Shown one piece after another: positions 17,558 through 27,114 of a DNA stretch of 64,000 nucleotides; the stretch's first letter is position 1; every line of letters begins with the position of its first letter. A program made the translations under genes and the position numbers. The DNA comes from PVC group bacterium (GTDB taxonomy: Bacteria > Verrucomicrobiota > Kiritimatiellia > CAIKKV01), in NCBI GenBank assembly GCA_945898015.1, contig CAMDGM010000017.1, forward strand, positions 4,410 through 68,409. Direction: 5' to 3'. Under the pieces are notes generated by a model. That model worked only from the letters and a program-made list of their open reading frames with translations. It did not search any database and was not told the DNA's origin.

Positions 17558-19243
17558 TCAGGAATCGGTGCGGGAGCGTTCGAGCATGTCGCGGAGCCGG
17601 TCCCGGAGGCGCGTTTCCTCCGGTTCGGAAAGCGACAGGATCTGGCGCAGGCCGAGCGCCAGGTGGGGGAGGTAGAGCTCGATGTACCGCTGTTTGCGCT
17701 CCTGTTCGGCGAGCCGGTCCCGGCGGGACAGGTGCACGCCGAGCTGGCGGCCGAGCTCCTGCAGGGCGAAGGTCATCTCGCGGAGGATCTCCGGGTAATG
17801 GGCGATCGAGTCCTTGCTTTCGCTGGTGAACGGCACCCAGACGCTGGCCATGTGCACCAGCACCACCACGGGTCCCAGGGGAAGCGACCCCCGGGGCTGG
17901 GAGAGTCCGTAGGCTTTCCAGTTGACGGAGGTGACCGCCTTGGTGATCGCGCACCCGCCGGCCTGGTGGAGCAGGGGCACGCGGTTGGCGAAGCGGAGCA
18001 CCTGAACCGGTTCATCCGCCGAGGGCTCCCCGCTGCCCGGGCCAGATTGGAAGCAGGCCAGAGCGGCCTCAATCTGGAAGGGGTTGCCCCGGTAGACGGC
18101 GGGCGGGCGGCTGACGGCGGCGTAAAAGGCGCCCGGCGTCTCTTTTTTGAGCCCGGCGATCATGAGGTCCTCGCCGATGGGGGAGAGGCAGTCCATTTGA
18201 GGCCGCATCAGCTTGGCGGCGTTCAGCGCTTTGTAGAGGGCTTCGCTTTCATGGTGGGCAATCTGGCCGGGCTTGGCCTTCGGGTCCAGTCCCGCCTGAA
18301 GGCAGATGGCCTCCGCGTTGGCCGGGCTGAGCCGTGAAAAATCGGTGGCCAGCGCGCTTTTGAGGGTGCGCGCTTCGGAGCCTTTGAGCATTTGCATCAG
18401 CAGGCCCAGTTCCACCCCGTGGGGGTGCGGCTTGATTTCCAGCGGCGTTTTGGGAAGTTCACCGGACGCCCGGGAAAAGGTGGTCCAGGCTTCGGGCGCG
18501 GGTGGGGCCTTTTCTGCGGCGTCCGCGTTGACCTCCGGAGCCGTCTCTTTAGGCCGCAGGGACACCCGGTAATGGAGCTGGAGGTGGGGGTTGACGATCG
18601 CGCACTGTTTCAGGTATTCGTCCACCGAGAGGCGGCCCCGGACATAGGAGGCTTCCATGTCGATCGACACGCAGGTGCCGTGCCCGCTCGCCAGCGCGCC
18701 TCCGTCCGCCTTTGGAAAGAGGGGCTGCCAGTCGGTTTCTGTATCCTTGAGGATCGCGGGGGTGTTCCGGCGGGTGTCGATTTGCACCTCGATGTGGTGG
18801 GCCCGGCGGCCGTCCACCCGGGAGTCGATGCGCGTGGCGCTGCCGGTGGTGAGCTGGCCGTACATGCCCGCCGCGCTGATCCCGATCCCCTGCTGGCCCC
18901 GGGACATGCGCAGGCGATGGAATTTGGAGCCGTAGAGGAGCTTGGCGAAAACCCGGGGAATCTGGTTGCGGACAATTCCGGGCCCGTTGTCCGTGACGGA
19001 GACGCGGAACCGGTTGTCCGCCAGCTCGGTCATGTCCACCGCCAGTTCGGGGAGAATGCCCGCTTCCTCGCAGGCGTCCAGGGCGTTGTCCACGGCCTCT
19101 TTGACGGTGGTGAGCAGCGCGCGGCGGGGATTGTCGAAGCCGAGCAGGTGGCGGTTCTTCAGGAAAAATTCGGAAACCGAAATATCCCGCTGGCGGGCGG
19201 CCATGGTCACGGCGGTTTCCACGGCGGGGGTTCTTTTTTTCAT
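17558..19243 (-). CDS. top6B: DNA topoisomerase VI subunit B (GHKL ATPase)
   Basis: Bergerat-fold boxes EAVDNALDA, DNGPGI and GQQGIGIS, followed by a transducer-like C-terminal half. Start taken at MKKRTPAV (ATG 19243), just after the proC stop. Confidence 0.85.
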   Translation of the reverse strand: MKKRTPAVETAVTMAARQRDISVSEFFLKNRHLLGFDNPRRALLTTVKEAVDNALDACEEAGILPELAVDMTELADNRFRVSVTDNGPGIVRNQIPRVFAKLLYGSKFHRLRMSRGQQGIGISAAGMYGQLTTGSATRIDSRVDGRRAHHIEVQIDTRRNTPAILKDTETDWQPLFPKADGGALASGHGTCVSIDMEASYVRGRLSVDEYLKQCAIVNPHLQLHYRVSLRPKETAPEVNADAAEKAPPAPEAWTTFSRASGELPKTPLEIKPHPHGVELGLLMQMLKGSEARTLKSALATDFSRLSPANAEAICLQAGLDPKAKPGQIAHHESEALYKALNAAKLMRPQMDCLSPIGEDLMIAGLKKETPGAFYAAVSRPPAVYRGNPFQIEAALACFQSGPGSGEPSADEPVQVLRFANRVPLLHQAGGCAITKAVTSVNWKAYGLSQPRGSLPLGPVVVLVHMASVWVPFTSESKDSIAHYPEILREMTFALQELGRQLGVHLSRRDRLAEQERKQRYIELYLPHLALGLRQILSLSEPEETRLRDRLRDMLERSRTDS

Positions 19244-19250
19244 CAGGCGC

Positions 19251-20060
19251 TCACGGGTTGGCCTGGCCCAGCTCCCGGCTGCGCCGCGTGGCGGCCGCGA
19301 TCGTGGCCTTGACAAGGGCCCCGAAATCCGAGGCGTCCAGCACGGCCAGCCCCTCGGCCGTGGTGCCTTTGGCGGAGGTGACGCTCTGGATCAGCTGTTC
19401 CGGGCTCAAGTCCGAGTTGCGCAGCAACAGGGCCGTTCCGAACATGGTCTGGGTGGCCAGCACGGTGGCGTCGTCCTCGGACAGGCCTTCCGCCTTCGCG
19501 GCGTCCACCAGATGGAGGAGGAACCGGGCGAAAAAGGCCGGGCCGGACCCGCTCAGGGCGGTGACCGCATCGAATTGTGTTTCCGGCAGTTCGTGCGCCA
19601 CGCCGCAGGCGCCCAGCAGGGTCTGGACGGTGTCCCGGTCTTCCGCCGTCGCCCGGGCGCCGAGCGTGAAGACGTTCATGCCTTCCGCGGCCAGGCAGCA
19701 CACGTTGGGCATGACCCGGATCACGCGCGCGCCGGGCAGGCGCCGCTCGATGTCGGCCAGCCGCTTGCCCGCGGCGATGGAGATGATGAGATGCTCGGGC
19801 GTCACGACCTCGACGAGCTCGCGCAGCACCTCGTCGAGCTGCTGGGGCTTGACGCACAGGAACACGGTGTCGGCCCATTGGACGGCGTCCCGGTTGGACG
19901 GGGCGATCTCGATGCCGAGCTTCTTGGACAGGGCGGCGGGCCGTGTGGGATCGGCGTCGCTGGCCTGGATGTAAAACGGAGAGATGGGCAGTTCCGCGCG
20001 GATGATTGCCGCCATGAGGGCCTCGGCCATCTTGCCCGCTCCGATAAAGGCCAGGTTCAT
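19251..20060 (-). CDS. proC: Pyrroline-5-carboxylate reductase
   Basis: Rossmann motif FIGAGKMAEAL. Also LCVKPQQ and the C-terminal SAKGTTAEG motif. Confidence 0.88.
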   Translation of the reverse strand: MNLAFIGAGKMAEALMAAIIRAELPISPFYIQASDADPTRPAALSKKLGIEIAPSNRDAVQWADTVFLCVKPQQLDEVLRELVEVVTPEHLIISIAAGKRLADIERRLPGARVIRVMPNVCCLAAEGMNVFTLGARATAEDRDTVQTLLGACGVAHELPETQFDAVTALSGSGPAFFARFLLHLVDAAKAEGLSEDDATVLATQTMFGTALLLRNSDLSPEQLIQSVTSAKGTTAEGLAVLDASDFGALVKATIAAATRRSRELGQANP

Positions 20061-20062
20061 GC

Positions 20063-21220
20063 TCAGCCCCCCTTCCCGGACTCCTTCACCAGGCAGTTGC
20101 CGATTACGTCGCGCTGGATCTGGTTGGTGCCTTCGTAAATCTGGGTGATCTTGGCATCCCGCATCATCTTCTCGACGGGATATTCCCGCATGTAGCCGTA
20201 GCCGCCGAGCACCTGCACGGCGTCCGTCGTCACGCGCATGGCCGTGTCCGAGGCGAACAGCTTGGACATGGCGGAGATCTTGCTAATGTCCTTTTCCTCG
20301 CCCTTGTCGATCGTGCGGGCGACCACATAGACGAGTGCCCGGGCGGCCTCGACCTGGGTGGCCATGTCGGCCAGCATGAAGGAGATGCCCTGGAAGGCGC
20401 AGATCGGCTTGCCGAACTGCTTGCGCGTCTTGCTGTAGGCGACGGCCTCGTCGAGCGCGCCGGCGGCGATGCCGAGCGCCTGGGAGGCGACGCCCGGGCG
20501 GGACTGGTCGAGGGTTTTCATGGCCACGATGAAGCCCATGCCTTCGCGGGCCAGGATCTGGGATTTGTGGATCCGGCAGTCCTGGAAAACGAGTTCGCGC
20601 GTGGCGGAGGCGCGGATGCCCATCTTGTTCTCCTTCTTGCCGAAGGTGAAGCCGGGGGTGTCCTTTTCCACGATGAAGGCGGTGGCGCCGCGGGCGCCTT
20701 TTTCCTTGTTCGTCATGGCGATCACGGAGTAGATCTCGGCCTCGCCGGCATTGGTGATCCACTGCTTGGTGCCGTTGAGGATGAAATAGTCGCCATCCTT
20801 CTTGGCGGTGGTTTTGATGCCGCTGGCGTCGCTGCCGGCCTCGGCCTCGGTCAGGGCGAAGGCGGCGATCGTTCCGCCCGCGATGCGGGTCAGGTACTTC
20901 TTTTTCTGCTCCTCGGTGCCGAACAGGATGATCGGGAAGGTTCCCAGCGCGGTGGCCGCGAGGCCGAGGGCGATGCCGCTGCAGGTCTTGGACAGGGTTT
21001 CCACCGCGATGACCAAGTCCATTACGCCGCCGCCCATGCCGTTGTACTTTTCCTCGATGAACAGGCCGAAGAGCCCGGTCTCGGCGAAGACCTTCATGAT
21101 TTCCTTGGGGAATTCATTGGCGGTATCGTAGTGCTCGCGGATCGGCTTGATTTTTTCCTCGCCGATCTGGGCACAAATGTCGCGGATGTTGGTCTGCAAT
21201 TCGGTAAGCTGGTAATCCAT
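20063..21220 (-). CDS. Acyl-CoA dehydrogenase (short-chain/butyryl-CoA type)
   Basis: ALTEAEAGSDASG, WITNAGEA and the C-terminal IYEGTNQIQR motifs. Length 385 aa. Confidence 0.9.
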   Translation of the reverse strand: MDYQLTELQTNIRDICAQIGEEKIKPIREHYDTANEFPKEIMKVFAETGLFGLFIEEKYNGMGGGVMDLVIAVETLSKTCSGIALGLAATALGTFPIILFGTEEQKKKYLTRIAGGTIAAFALTEAEAGSDASGIKTTAKKDGDYFILNGTKQWITNAGEAEIYSVIAMTNKEKGARGATAFIVEKDTPGFTFGKKENKMGIRASATRELVFQDCRIHKSQILAREGMGFIVAMKTLDQSRPGVASQALGIAAGALDEAVAYSKTRKQFGKPICAFQGISFMLADMATQVEAARALVYVVARTIDKGEEKDISKISAMSKLFASDTAMRVTTDAVQVLGGYGYMREYPVEKMMRDAKITQIYEGTNQIQRDVIGNCLVKESGKGG

Positions 21221-21388
21221 GAGGTTCTCCGGTTGATGTCTGCCTGGACGTGCGAATGGGGTGAAATGTACGGGGATAACGCCTTTGCGGCAAGAAAAAA
21301 CGAGGGGCTGCGTCGCCGTGCTCCGCCCTTCCTTCTCGCAAGCGCAGGCGCCAACATCTTGGCCGTCACCGCAAAGTCCGACAGGCTG

Positions 21389-22378
21389 CTAGGCCAGCAC
21401 AAAGCGGCTGTCTTCGAACCGGACTTCCGGCCCTTTGAGGGCGGCCAGGCGTTTGGGGTCGAGGTTGAGCAGGCGGGCGGGATTGTCATATCCGACCTGC
21501 CAGAGGCCTTTTTCATCGAGCAGGTTCAGGCTGGCGAGATAGTTCATGCATTCCATCATGGTGGCATGGGATCCGGCGAGGCTCTGGCTCTGTTCAGAAT
21601 AGATCCGGCCGGTTTCGCTGATGATGACGGGCAGGCCGCAGAAAACGGTGTAGCGGCCCGGGGGCATGCCGGCGAGGCACGAGGCGTCGCTGGTGACGAT
21701 GAAGCGGGCGGGGGTCTTGGCGCGGAGGGCGACCTTGATCAAGTCGTCGGGCAGGTGATGGCCGTCGGTGATGAAGAGTCCGCTGACGGCGTCGCTGGCC
21801 AGCTGCCACCAGAGCGCATTGTCGTGCCGGTGGATCAGGTTGGGACACCCGTTGCCCACATGGGTGCAGAGCGTGGCGCCCGCCTGCACCGCGCGGTCCA
21901 GCTCCGCATCGGCGGCGAGATGATGGCCGAGCGAGACGATCACGTTGTTTTTGACGGCGACGCGGATCAGGGCCTCGGCATGGGGGCGTTCCGGGGCGAG
22001 TGTCAGGATGCGGATTCCCCCGCCGGCCCATTGCTGGTATTGCTCGAAGGCGCGGACATCGGGGTCCTGGATATACGCCTTGGGATGGGCGCCCACCGCC
22101 CCCGGCTCGGGGGAGAGGAAGGGCCCTTCGAGATGGATGCCCAGAAGATGGGGTCCGATCTCGGGGTCCTTCATGGCCTCGGCCAGAACGCGGAGGTTGT
22201 CTTTGTAAACCTCCGGATCCCCGGTGATGACGGTGGGGCAGTAGGCCAGCGTGCCGCGTGACAGGAGCTCGAGCGTGATTTCCCGCACCCGTGCCAGGGT
22301 GAGGCCGGGAGCCGTGAAATCGGTGCCCATCCAGCCGTTGAACTGGACATCGATGAAGCCTTTTCGGGTCGTTTTCAT
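21389..22378 (-). CDS. Amidohydrolase, N-acetylglucosamine-6-phosphate deacetylase-like
   Basis: GIHLEGPFLSPEPGAVGAHP and THVGNG motifs resemble NagA. The protein is shorter than classical NagA, so substrate specificity is uncertain. Confidence 0.6.
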   Translation of the reverse strand: MKTTRKGFIDVQFNGWMGTDFTAPGLTLARVREITLELLSRGTLAYCPTVITGDPEVYKDNLRVLAEAMKDPEIGPHLLGIHLEGPFLSPEPGAVGAHPKAYIQDPDVRAFEQYQQWAGGGIRILTLAPERPHAEALIRVAVKNNVIVSLGHHLAADAELDRAVQAGATLCTHVGNGCPNLIHRHDNALWWQLASDAVSGLFITDGHHLPDDLIKVALRAKTPARFIVTSDASCLAGMPPGRYTVFCGLPVIISETGRIYSEQSQSLAGSHATMMECMNYLASLNLLDEKGLWQVGYDNPARLLNLDPKRLAALKGPEVRFEDSRFVLA

Positions 22379-22480
22379 AAGAGGCGTTATCCTTGACTAA
22401 GCGAGCATTCTTGCACGCTTTTCATGAAAGGCAAACTCGAAATTGCGCCGGGTTGACAGAAGCCGGGGTGGTGCCGTACT

Positions 22481-23005
22481 GTGTCTGGCATGAAGCGACG
22501 AGTCCTGTTTTTCACGATGGCGGCCTTAGCCCTGAGCGCGGCCTTGGCCCAGGATGTGGAGGAGTCGCTGGCCCAGTTCCGGATCCGGGTGCTGGACGAG
22601 GCCGGCGCGACTGTTCCCCGCGCCCGGGTGGCGCTCAGCACGTTCAGCAACTGGGTTCCGGGCCGGACGGGCGTGGGACAGGAGGAGTATAGCACGGTCG
22701 TGGGGGCCACCGACACCAATGGCCTGACGGTGTTGAAGCTCAAGGGGTCGACGGGTCGATACTCGTTTCTGGTGTTGCCGCTGGCGGGATTTTCCTTTGA
22801 TAAAGGCACAGAGTACGTGTTCACCAATGCCGTATCGGGCCGCTGGGAGCCCTGGTCCCCCTTGGTGTCGATTGTCTTGAAGCGCCATTCCGCCGAGGTG
22901 GCGACCCCGGCCCCCGCTGATGGAAAGGCGGCAGGTCAGGCACCGGGTGTTTCCAAGGATCCCCAAGTTGGCCGGCAGGTGGTGTTCCCGCAGGAGCATC
23001 GCTGA
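22481..23005 (+). CDS. Secreted hypothetical protein, possibly with a carboxypeptidase-regulatory-like beta-sandwich
   Basis: Signal peptide (RRVLFFTMAALALSAALA) followed by FRIRVLDEAGATVPRARVAL. No catalytic motif recognised. Confidence 0.5.
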   Translation: MSGMKRRVLFFTMAALALSAALAQDVEESLAQFRIRVLDEAGATVPRARVALSTFSNWVPGRTGVGQEEYSTVVGATDTNGLTVLKLKGSTGRYSFLVLPLAGFSFDKGTEYVFTNAVSGRWEPWSPLVSIVLKRHSAEVATPAPADGKAAGQAPGVSKDPQVGRQVVFPQEHR

Positions 23006-23029
23006 GCGCTGTTTCCAGTCGTGCTGGCC

Positions 23030-23971
23030 TTAGTGGACTGGACGACCGGGGTTGACTTCCACGGTGATGTGGGAGAGGTTGGGGAGGCGGGTGAGACGGT
23101 ACTTGTAGTGCGCCGCGGGCCTTGGCTGTTCGGTTACAATCGAGACGATGGCGGCGGCGTCGCGGGGTCCTACTTTCCACACGTGCAGATCGGCGACCCG
23201 GCTTTCGCCGTCGGATTCAATCGTCCGGCGGATCGCCGTGACGGCGGTCTCGTCGACAGCGGCGTCGAGGAGAATGGCGCCGGTATCGCGCAACAGGCCG
23301 ACCGACCACCGGGCGATGAGCGCGCCCCCCAGCAACCCCATGGCGGGATCCATCCACACCATGCCGGCGAATTTTCCAAGGAGCAGGGCCAGGATGGCGA
23401 GGACGGAGGTCAGGGCATCCGCCAGCACATGGAGGTAGGCCGCTTTCAGGTTGGGATCGTGCGACGAGTCATGGTGTTCCCCGGCTGCGTGGCAATGTCC
23501 GTGGCCGCGTTCAAGGATGAAGGCGCTGACGATGTTGACGAGCAGGCCGATGACGGCGACGGCGATGGACTGGTTGAATTGAATGGGGGCGCGGACGACG
23601 AGGCGATGGACGGATTCCGCCACCATGAGAAGGGCCACGATCGCCAGCGTGATGGCGCTGGAAAAACCGCCGAGCACCCCGACTTTGCCGGTGCCGAAGG
23701 TGAATCGCGCGTTGGCGGCATGGCGGCGGGCGAAGCGGTAGGCGAAGACGGCGATGGCGAGGGCCAGGACATGCGTGCCCATGTGCCAGCCGTCCGCGAG
23801 CAGCGCCATGGAGCCGTAGATCATGCCGGCGGCCACTTCGAGGGCCATGGTGATGGCGGTCAGCACGACGACGATCAACGTGCGATGCTCGTGCGAGGAA
23901 TCCACCGGGGTGAATTCGTGCGAGTGGCTCCAGGGATCGGGGCCGGTGGGGTGGGCATCCTGCAGGGTCAT
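23030..23971 (-). CDS. Cation diffusion facilitator (Zn/Co/Cd efflux) transporter
   Basis: LLADGWHMGTH and HVLADALTS metal-site motifs, a His-rich loop (GHGHCHAAGEHHDSSHD) and six TM segments. Start taken at MTLQDAH (ATG 23971). Confidence 0.85.
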   Translation of the reverse strand: MTLQDAHPTGPDPWSHSHEFTPVDSSHEHRTLIVVVLTAITMALEVAAGMIYGSMALLADGWHMGTHVLALAIAVFAYRFARRHAANARFTFGTGKVGVLGGFSSAITLAIVALLMVAESVHRLVVRAPIQFNQSIAVAVIGLLVNIVSAFILERGHGHCHAAGEHHDSSHDPNLKAAYLHVLADALTSVLAILALLLGKFAGMVWMDPAMGLLGGALIARWSVGLLRDTGAILLDAAVDETAVTAIRRTIESDGESRVADLHVWKVGPRDAAAIVSIVTEQPRPAAHYKYRLTRLPNLSHITVEVNPGRPVH

Positions 23972-24122
23972 GGCGGGAAAGCTAATCACGGCCGGGCGGG
24001 AAATACAAGTTCCGTTGCCGGCCTGCGGCCCGGCCCGATCCGATCGATCAGGAAAAAGGTTTAATTGGGGATTCTCCTCTGATACGCTTATTTTCCTGGA
24101 TGTGAAGGCCAAGGAGGGGTGG

Positions 24123-24752
24123 GTGAAAGCGGTTGCCATTTGTGGAAGCTCGCGCGCGGGGGGGAACACGGAGCAGTTGCTGAAACACGCGCTGGACCGG
24201 CTTGCGAAGCGTGGAATCGAAGGCCGGCTTGTGCTGTTGCAGTGGAAGATTATTCACCCTTGCCTGCATTGCGGCGATTGTTCGGTCATGTGCAATGGCC
24301 GGTGCGTGATTGAAGGGGATGATTTTCCCGATGTGTTCAAGGATTTGCGCCAGGCGGATGTGATCCTGATCGGGGCGCCGGTCGATTCGGGCGCGGCGGT
24401 CGCCAGCTTGAAAGCGCTTCTGGAGCGGGCCGGGCGTGTGGCGAGTGAAAACGGGAATCTGTTTTCTCGCAAATTGGGGGCCCCGATTGCAGTCGTGGGG
24501 CGGGAGGTTTCCCAGCACACGCTGCAACGGCTATTGACCTGGTTTCCGGCCCAGGGCATCACGGTTCCGGGCTCCCCGGCGTATCCCAAGGGAAAGGGTA
24601 TTTCCCCCCTGGCGCTTCAGTGCGACAGGGGTGGGGAAGAGGCGGTCGAGGGACTGGTTGACAATCTGGTCTGGCTGGCGGAAAAGCTGGCGGTTCCGGA
24701 GACCACGCCCCCGGCCGGCCACGTGACGGACGACGGGAAGGCGAGGCGATGA
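24123..24752 (+). CDS. Iron-sulfur flavoprotein / NADPH-dependent FMN reductase family
   Basis: Flavodoxin-like N-terminus VAICGSSRAGGNTEQL. Compact Cys cluster CLHCGDCSVMCNGRC. GTG start at 24123 preceded by an AAGGAGG RBS. The listed 23823 start is an antisense-type extension. Confidence 0.65.
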   Translation: MKAVAICGSSRAGGNTEQLLKHALDRLAKRGIEGRLVLLQWKIIHPCLHCGDCSVMCNGRCVIEGDDFPDVFKDLRQADVILIGAPVDSGAAVASLKALLERAGRVASENGNLFSRKLGAPIAVVGREVSQHTLQRLLTWFPAQGITVPGSPAYPKGKGISPLALQCDRGGEEAVEGLVDNLVWLAEKLAVPETTPPAGHVTDDGKARR

Positions 24753-25609
24753 TAAAGATTCTCGTGACGGGTGCCGCCGGCAGGATTGGGGGCCCAATCT
24801 GCCAGCACTTGCAGGCGTCTGGATTCGAGGTGAGGGCGGTCGACCGGGCCCCGAACCTTTCCCTGCCGGTGCGGGTGGAGGTCGTCAATCTCCTGGATCG
24901 TGAAGCGTGTTATCGGGTGATCGAGGGCCTGGACGCGGTGGTTCATTTGGCTAACCATTCTTCCTATCAAAGTGCGCAACTGCCCCAGACGGTGTTCAAC
25001 GAGAACGTCGCGATGAACATGAATGTCTTTCAGGCGGCATGCGACCGGGGAGTGAAGCGGATTCTTTTTTCAAGTTCCGTGCAGGCATTTACGGTGCGGC
25101 ACGGCCCGACTCCCCCGGAACTGCTCCCGGGTCCGTCTTTCCCGTACCTGCCTTTGGACGGGAAGATTCCGGCTCGATCCAGCAACCCTTATGGGCTCAG
25201 CAAGCAAGTGAGCGAGGATATGCTGCGGTATTTTGTTTCGGTTTACGGCGTGACGGCGGTGGCTATCCGGTTTCCCTATGTGATAGACGAGGAAACGTTG
25301 CGGCGCATCCGGGAACGCAAGGGGGGGCATCGTTTTTCTGCGGAGGAGGCCTTCGCGTATCTTTATATTGAGGACGCCGCCCGATTGGTGGAGGCCTGTC
25401 TTAAGGCGGACCTGAAGGGCTATCACCCGTATTTCCCGGCGGCCCAGGATGTGCAGGTGGCCGCTGATTTGCCGGCGCTGTTGGCGCGCCATTTCAACGG
25501 AACGCCCTGGCGGGAGGGCGCCCCGCAGAATGTTCTGATCGATATTTCCGACATTACCCGCGAGACCGGCTGGAGGCCGTCGGTTAATTCACTTTTTCCG
25601 GGGGCGTGA
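24749..25609 (+). CDS. NAD-dependent epimerase/dehydratase (SDR family)
   Basis: Rossmann motif ILVTGAAGRIG and catalytic YGLSK (YxxxK). The start overlaps the upstream stop (ATGA). Confidence 0.8.
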   Translation: MIKILVTGAAGRIGGPICQHLQASGFEVRAVDRAPNLSLPVRVEVVNLLDREACYRVIEGLDAVVHLANHSSYQSAQLPQTVFNENVAMNMNVFQAACDRGVKRILFSSSVQAFTVRHGPTPPELLPGPSFPYLPLDGKIPARSSNPYGLSKQVSEDMLRYFVSVYGVTAVAIRFPYVIDEETLRRIRERKGGHRFSAEEAFAYLYIEDAARLVEACLKADLKGYHPYFPAAQDVQVAADLPALLARHFNGTPWREGAPQNVLIDISDITRETGWRPSVNSLFPGA

Positions 25610-25613
25610 CGGA

Positions 25614-26711
25614 TTATAGTTTCGTTACGATTACCGGCCGCTTGGTTTTGTGGAGGGTCTCTACTTTTTTCGCGAAGGCTTCGGCTTCCTCGCGCGAGCC
25701 GAGCTGGAGGGTGTAAAAACAGCCCTCGGGCTTGAGGTAGTCCATCATCTCGAGTTGTTCGCGGGCCGAGCCGTAAAGCCAGAGCCCCTTGCCGAGGGAT
25801 TGGACTTTTTTCAACAGTTCCGGCCACTGGGCCACGGGTTTGTTGCCGTCACCCGGAACCCATTGGATCAGGTCGAGGCGGGGGGCCTCGCAGATCGAGT
25901 CGAGGTGGCGGACGGCACCCGGGCCGTCCAGGTGATAGATGCAGCAGTCGAGGAAGGCCGACTCCTTGTTGACGTAATCCTTGAAAAACGCATCGAAGAG
26001 TTCCGGTCCCACCATGCAGCAGAAGTCGTTTTGGATGGTGGCGAACCGGCCTTTGACCGCCGCGCTGCACCAGCTTGAATTGTAGCCCCCGGAAAGGGGG
26101 TGAAGGATGTCAAAGTGCGCCTGCAGCATGGCTTCATAGACGGCGTGGCATTCGGCCAGCCGCGTGTGGATTTCCCCGGGGTCGTCATAGAGGTCCATCA
26201 ACAGGTCCTGCGGGCCCCGAAGCGCCGAGAGGCCATCGCCGTTGGAGTGCAGGTCGCCCGACTGGGTCAGCCAGCGGCCGGCGCCGCGGGTGGCGCTGAG
26301 GGTCAGGAAGCGGGCCATGGCCTTCCAGTAATAGCCGTCCGGCTGGAACCGGATGGGCGGTGTCTCTTTCCAGTTCTTGACCCGGTACTTGGCCCAGCTG
26401 GTGCCGGGCGCGAACTCCAAGTCGCTGCCGGTGCAGGCGGCCAGAATATCCGGGCCCAGGTTGCAGTTGAACTCGGGGAAGCCTTCCCGCAGGAAGCCGG
26501 TGTTTTCGAGGCGTTTTTCGAAGCACTCGATCCGCCACTCGAAATTGAACCATTGCTCGAGGAGCGTGGGCGGGGTGGGCGGCAGATTGATTTTCTTGTG
26601 AGGGTCGAGCGGGAAGGACAGGTTGAGCGAGGGGCGGTCGTGGTTTTCGCGTTTGAAGGTGCGGGCGTTGCGGGAGGCAATGCCGGGGAGGTCGATCTGG
26701 CGCAAGTCCAT
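25614..26711 (-). CDS. Hypothetical protein, possibly a uroporphyrinogen-decarboxylase-like TIM barrel
   Basis: Coding-like composition over 365 aa from MDLRQIDL (ATG 26711). There is only a weak resemblance to the URO-D/MtaA fold (LIQWVPGDGNKPV...). Function unknown. Confidence 0.4.
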   Translation of the reverse strand: MDLRQIDLPGIASRNARTFKRENHDRPSLNLSFPLDPHKKINLPPTPPTLLEQWFNFEWRIECFEKRLENTGFLREGFPEFNCNLGPDILAACTGSDLEFAPGTSWAKYRVKNWKETPPIRFQPDGYYWKAMARFLTLSATRGAGRWLTQSGDLHSNGDGLSALRGPQDLLMDLYDDPGEIHTRLAECHAVYEAMLQAHFDILHPLSGGYNSSWCSAAVKGRFATIQNDFCCMVGPELFDAFFKDYVNKESAFLDCCIYHLDGPGAVRHLDSICEAPRLDLIQWVPGDGNKPVAQWPELLKKVQSLGKGLWLYGSAREQLEMMDYLKPEGCFYTLQLGSREEAEAFAKKVETLHKTKRPVIVTKL

Positions 26712-26739
26712 GGTGCGTGTCCTTGATGGTTTTCGCGGG

Positions 26740-27111
26740 CTATGTTTCGCCCAGTGCTTTTTTGATTTTTTGGAGCACTTCTTCCGGGTCAAACGGTTTG
26801 GGGATGAAATCGGCCGCGCCCGAATCCAGACACGCCTTTTCGATATCCGCATTGGGGTGGGCGGTCATGAAGATGACCGGGATCAGTGCCGTTTTGAGAT
26901 TGTTTTGCAGGTTTTCGAAGACGCCGGCGCCGCCTCCGGCGGGCATGCGGATATCGAGCAGGATCAGGTCCGGAACTTCGGTGACCGCCAGCCGGAACCC
27001 CTGGATGGCATCGTAGGCGATCAAGACGTTATAGCCGTTCGCTCGCAATCGCGAATTGAGAAGCAGCCCGATGTGGGGTTCGTCATCCACAATTAAGATT
27101 TTCCGCGGCAT
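26740..27111 (-). CDS. Single-domain response regulator (CheY-like)
   Basis: ILIVDDEPHIG...LILLDIRMPAGGG...IPKPF. Confidence 0.88.
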   Translation of the reverse strand: MPRKILIVDDEPHIGLLLNSRLRANGYNVLIAYDAIQGFRLAVTEVPDLILLDIRMPAGGGAGVFENLQNNLKTALIPVIFMTAHPNADIEKACLDSGAADFIPKPFDPEEVLQKIKKALGET

Positions 27112-27114
27112 CGG

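Noticed and set aside
16372-17954. N-terminal extensions of listed ORFs 15949..16875 (Nudix) and 16407..17954 (Top6A), and of 17558..19315 (Top6B)
   Set aside because: The extensions are Pro/Arg/Gly-rich and overlap the preceding genes extensively. Internal starts (16371, 17543, 19243) give compact, non-overlapping genes of canonical length.
15949-19243. Topo VI / Nudix genes as a mobile defence island (Toprim plus GHKL ATPase as in Wadjet- or Paris-type systems)
   Set aside because: Both subunits have canonical Topo VI length and motifs. The genes are packed within a same-strand housekeeping run. I see no integrase, transposase, flanking repeats or compositional break.
21300-21388. Possible rho-independent terminator after the NagA-like gene (GC-rich segment followed by T6 on the minus strand)
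   Set aside because: I could only draw a 4-6 bp imperfect stem, which is not convincing without a folding calculation.
20567-22261. 564-aa plus-strand ORF spanning the acyl-CoA dehydrogenase and NagA-like genes
   Set aside because: It crosses an intergenic region, lies antisense to two motif-supported genes, and is Gly/Ala/Asp/Glu low complexity.
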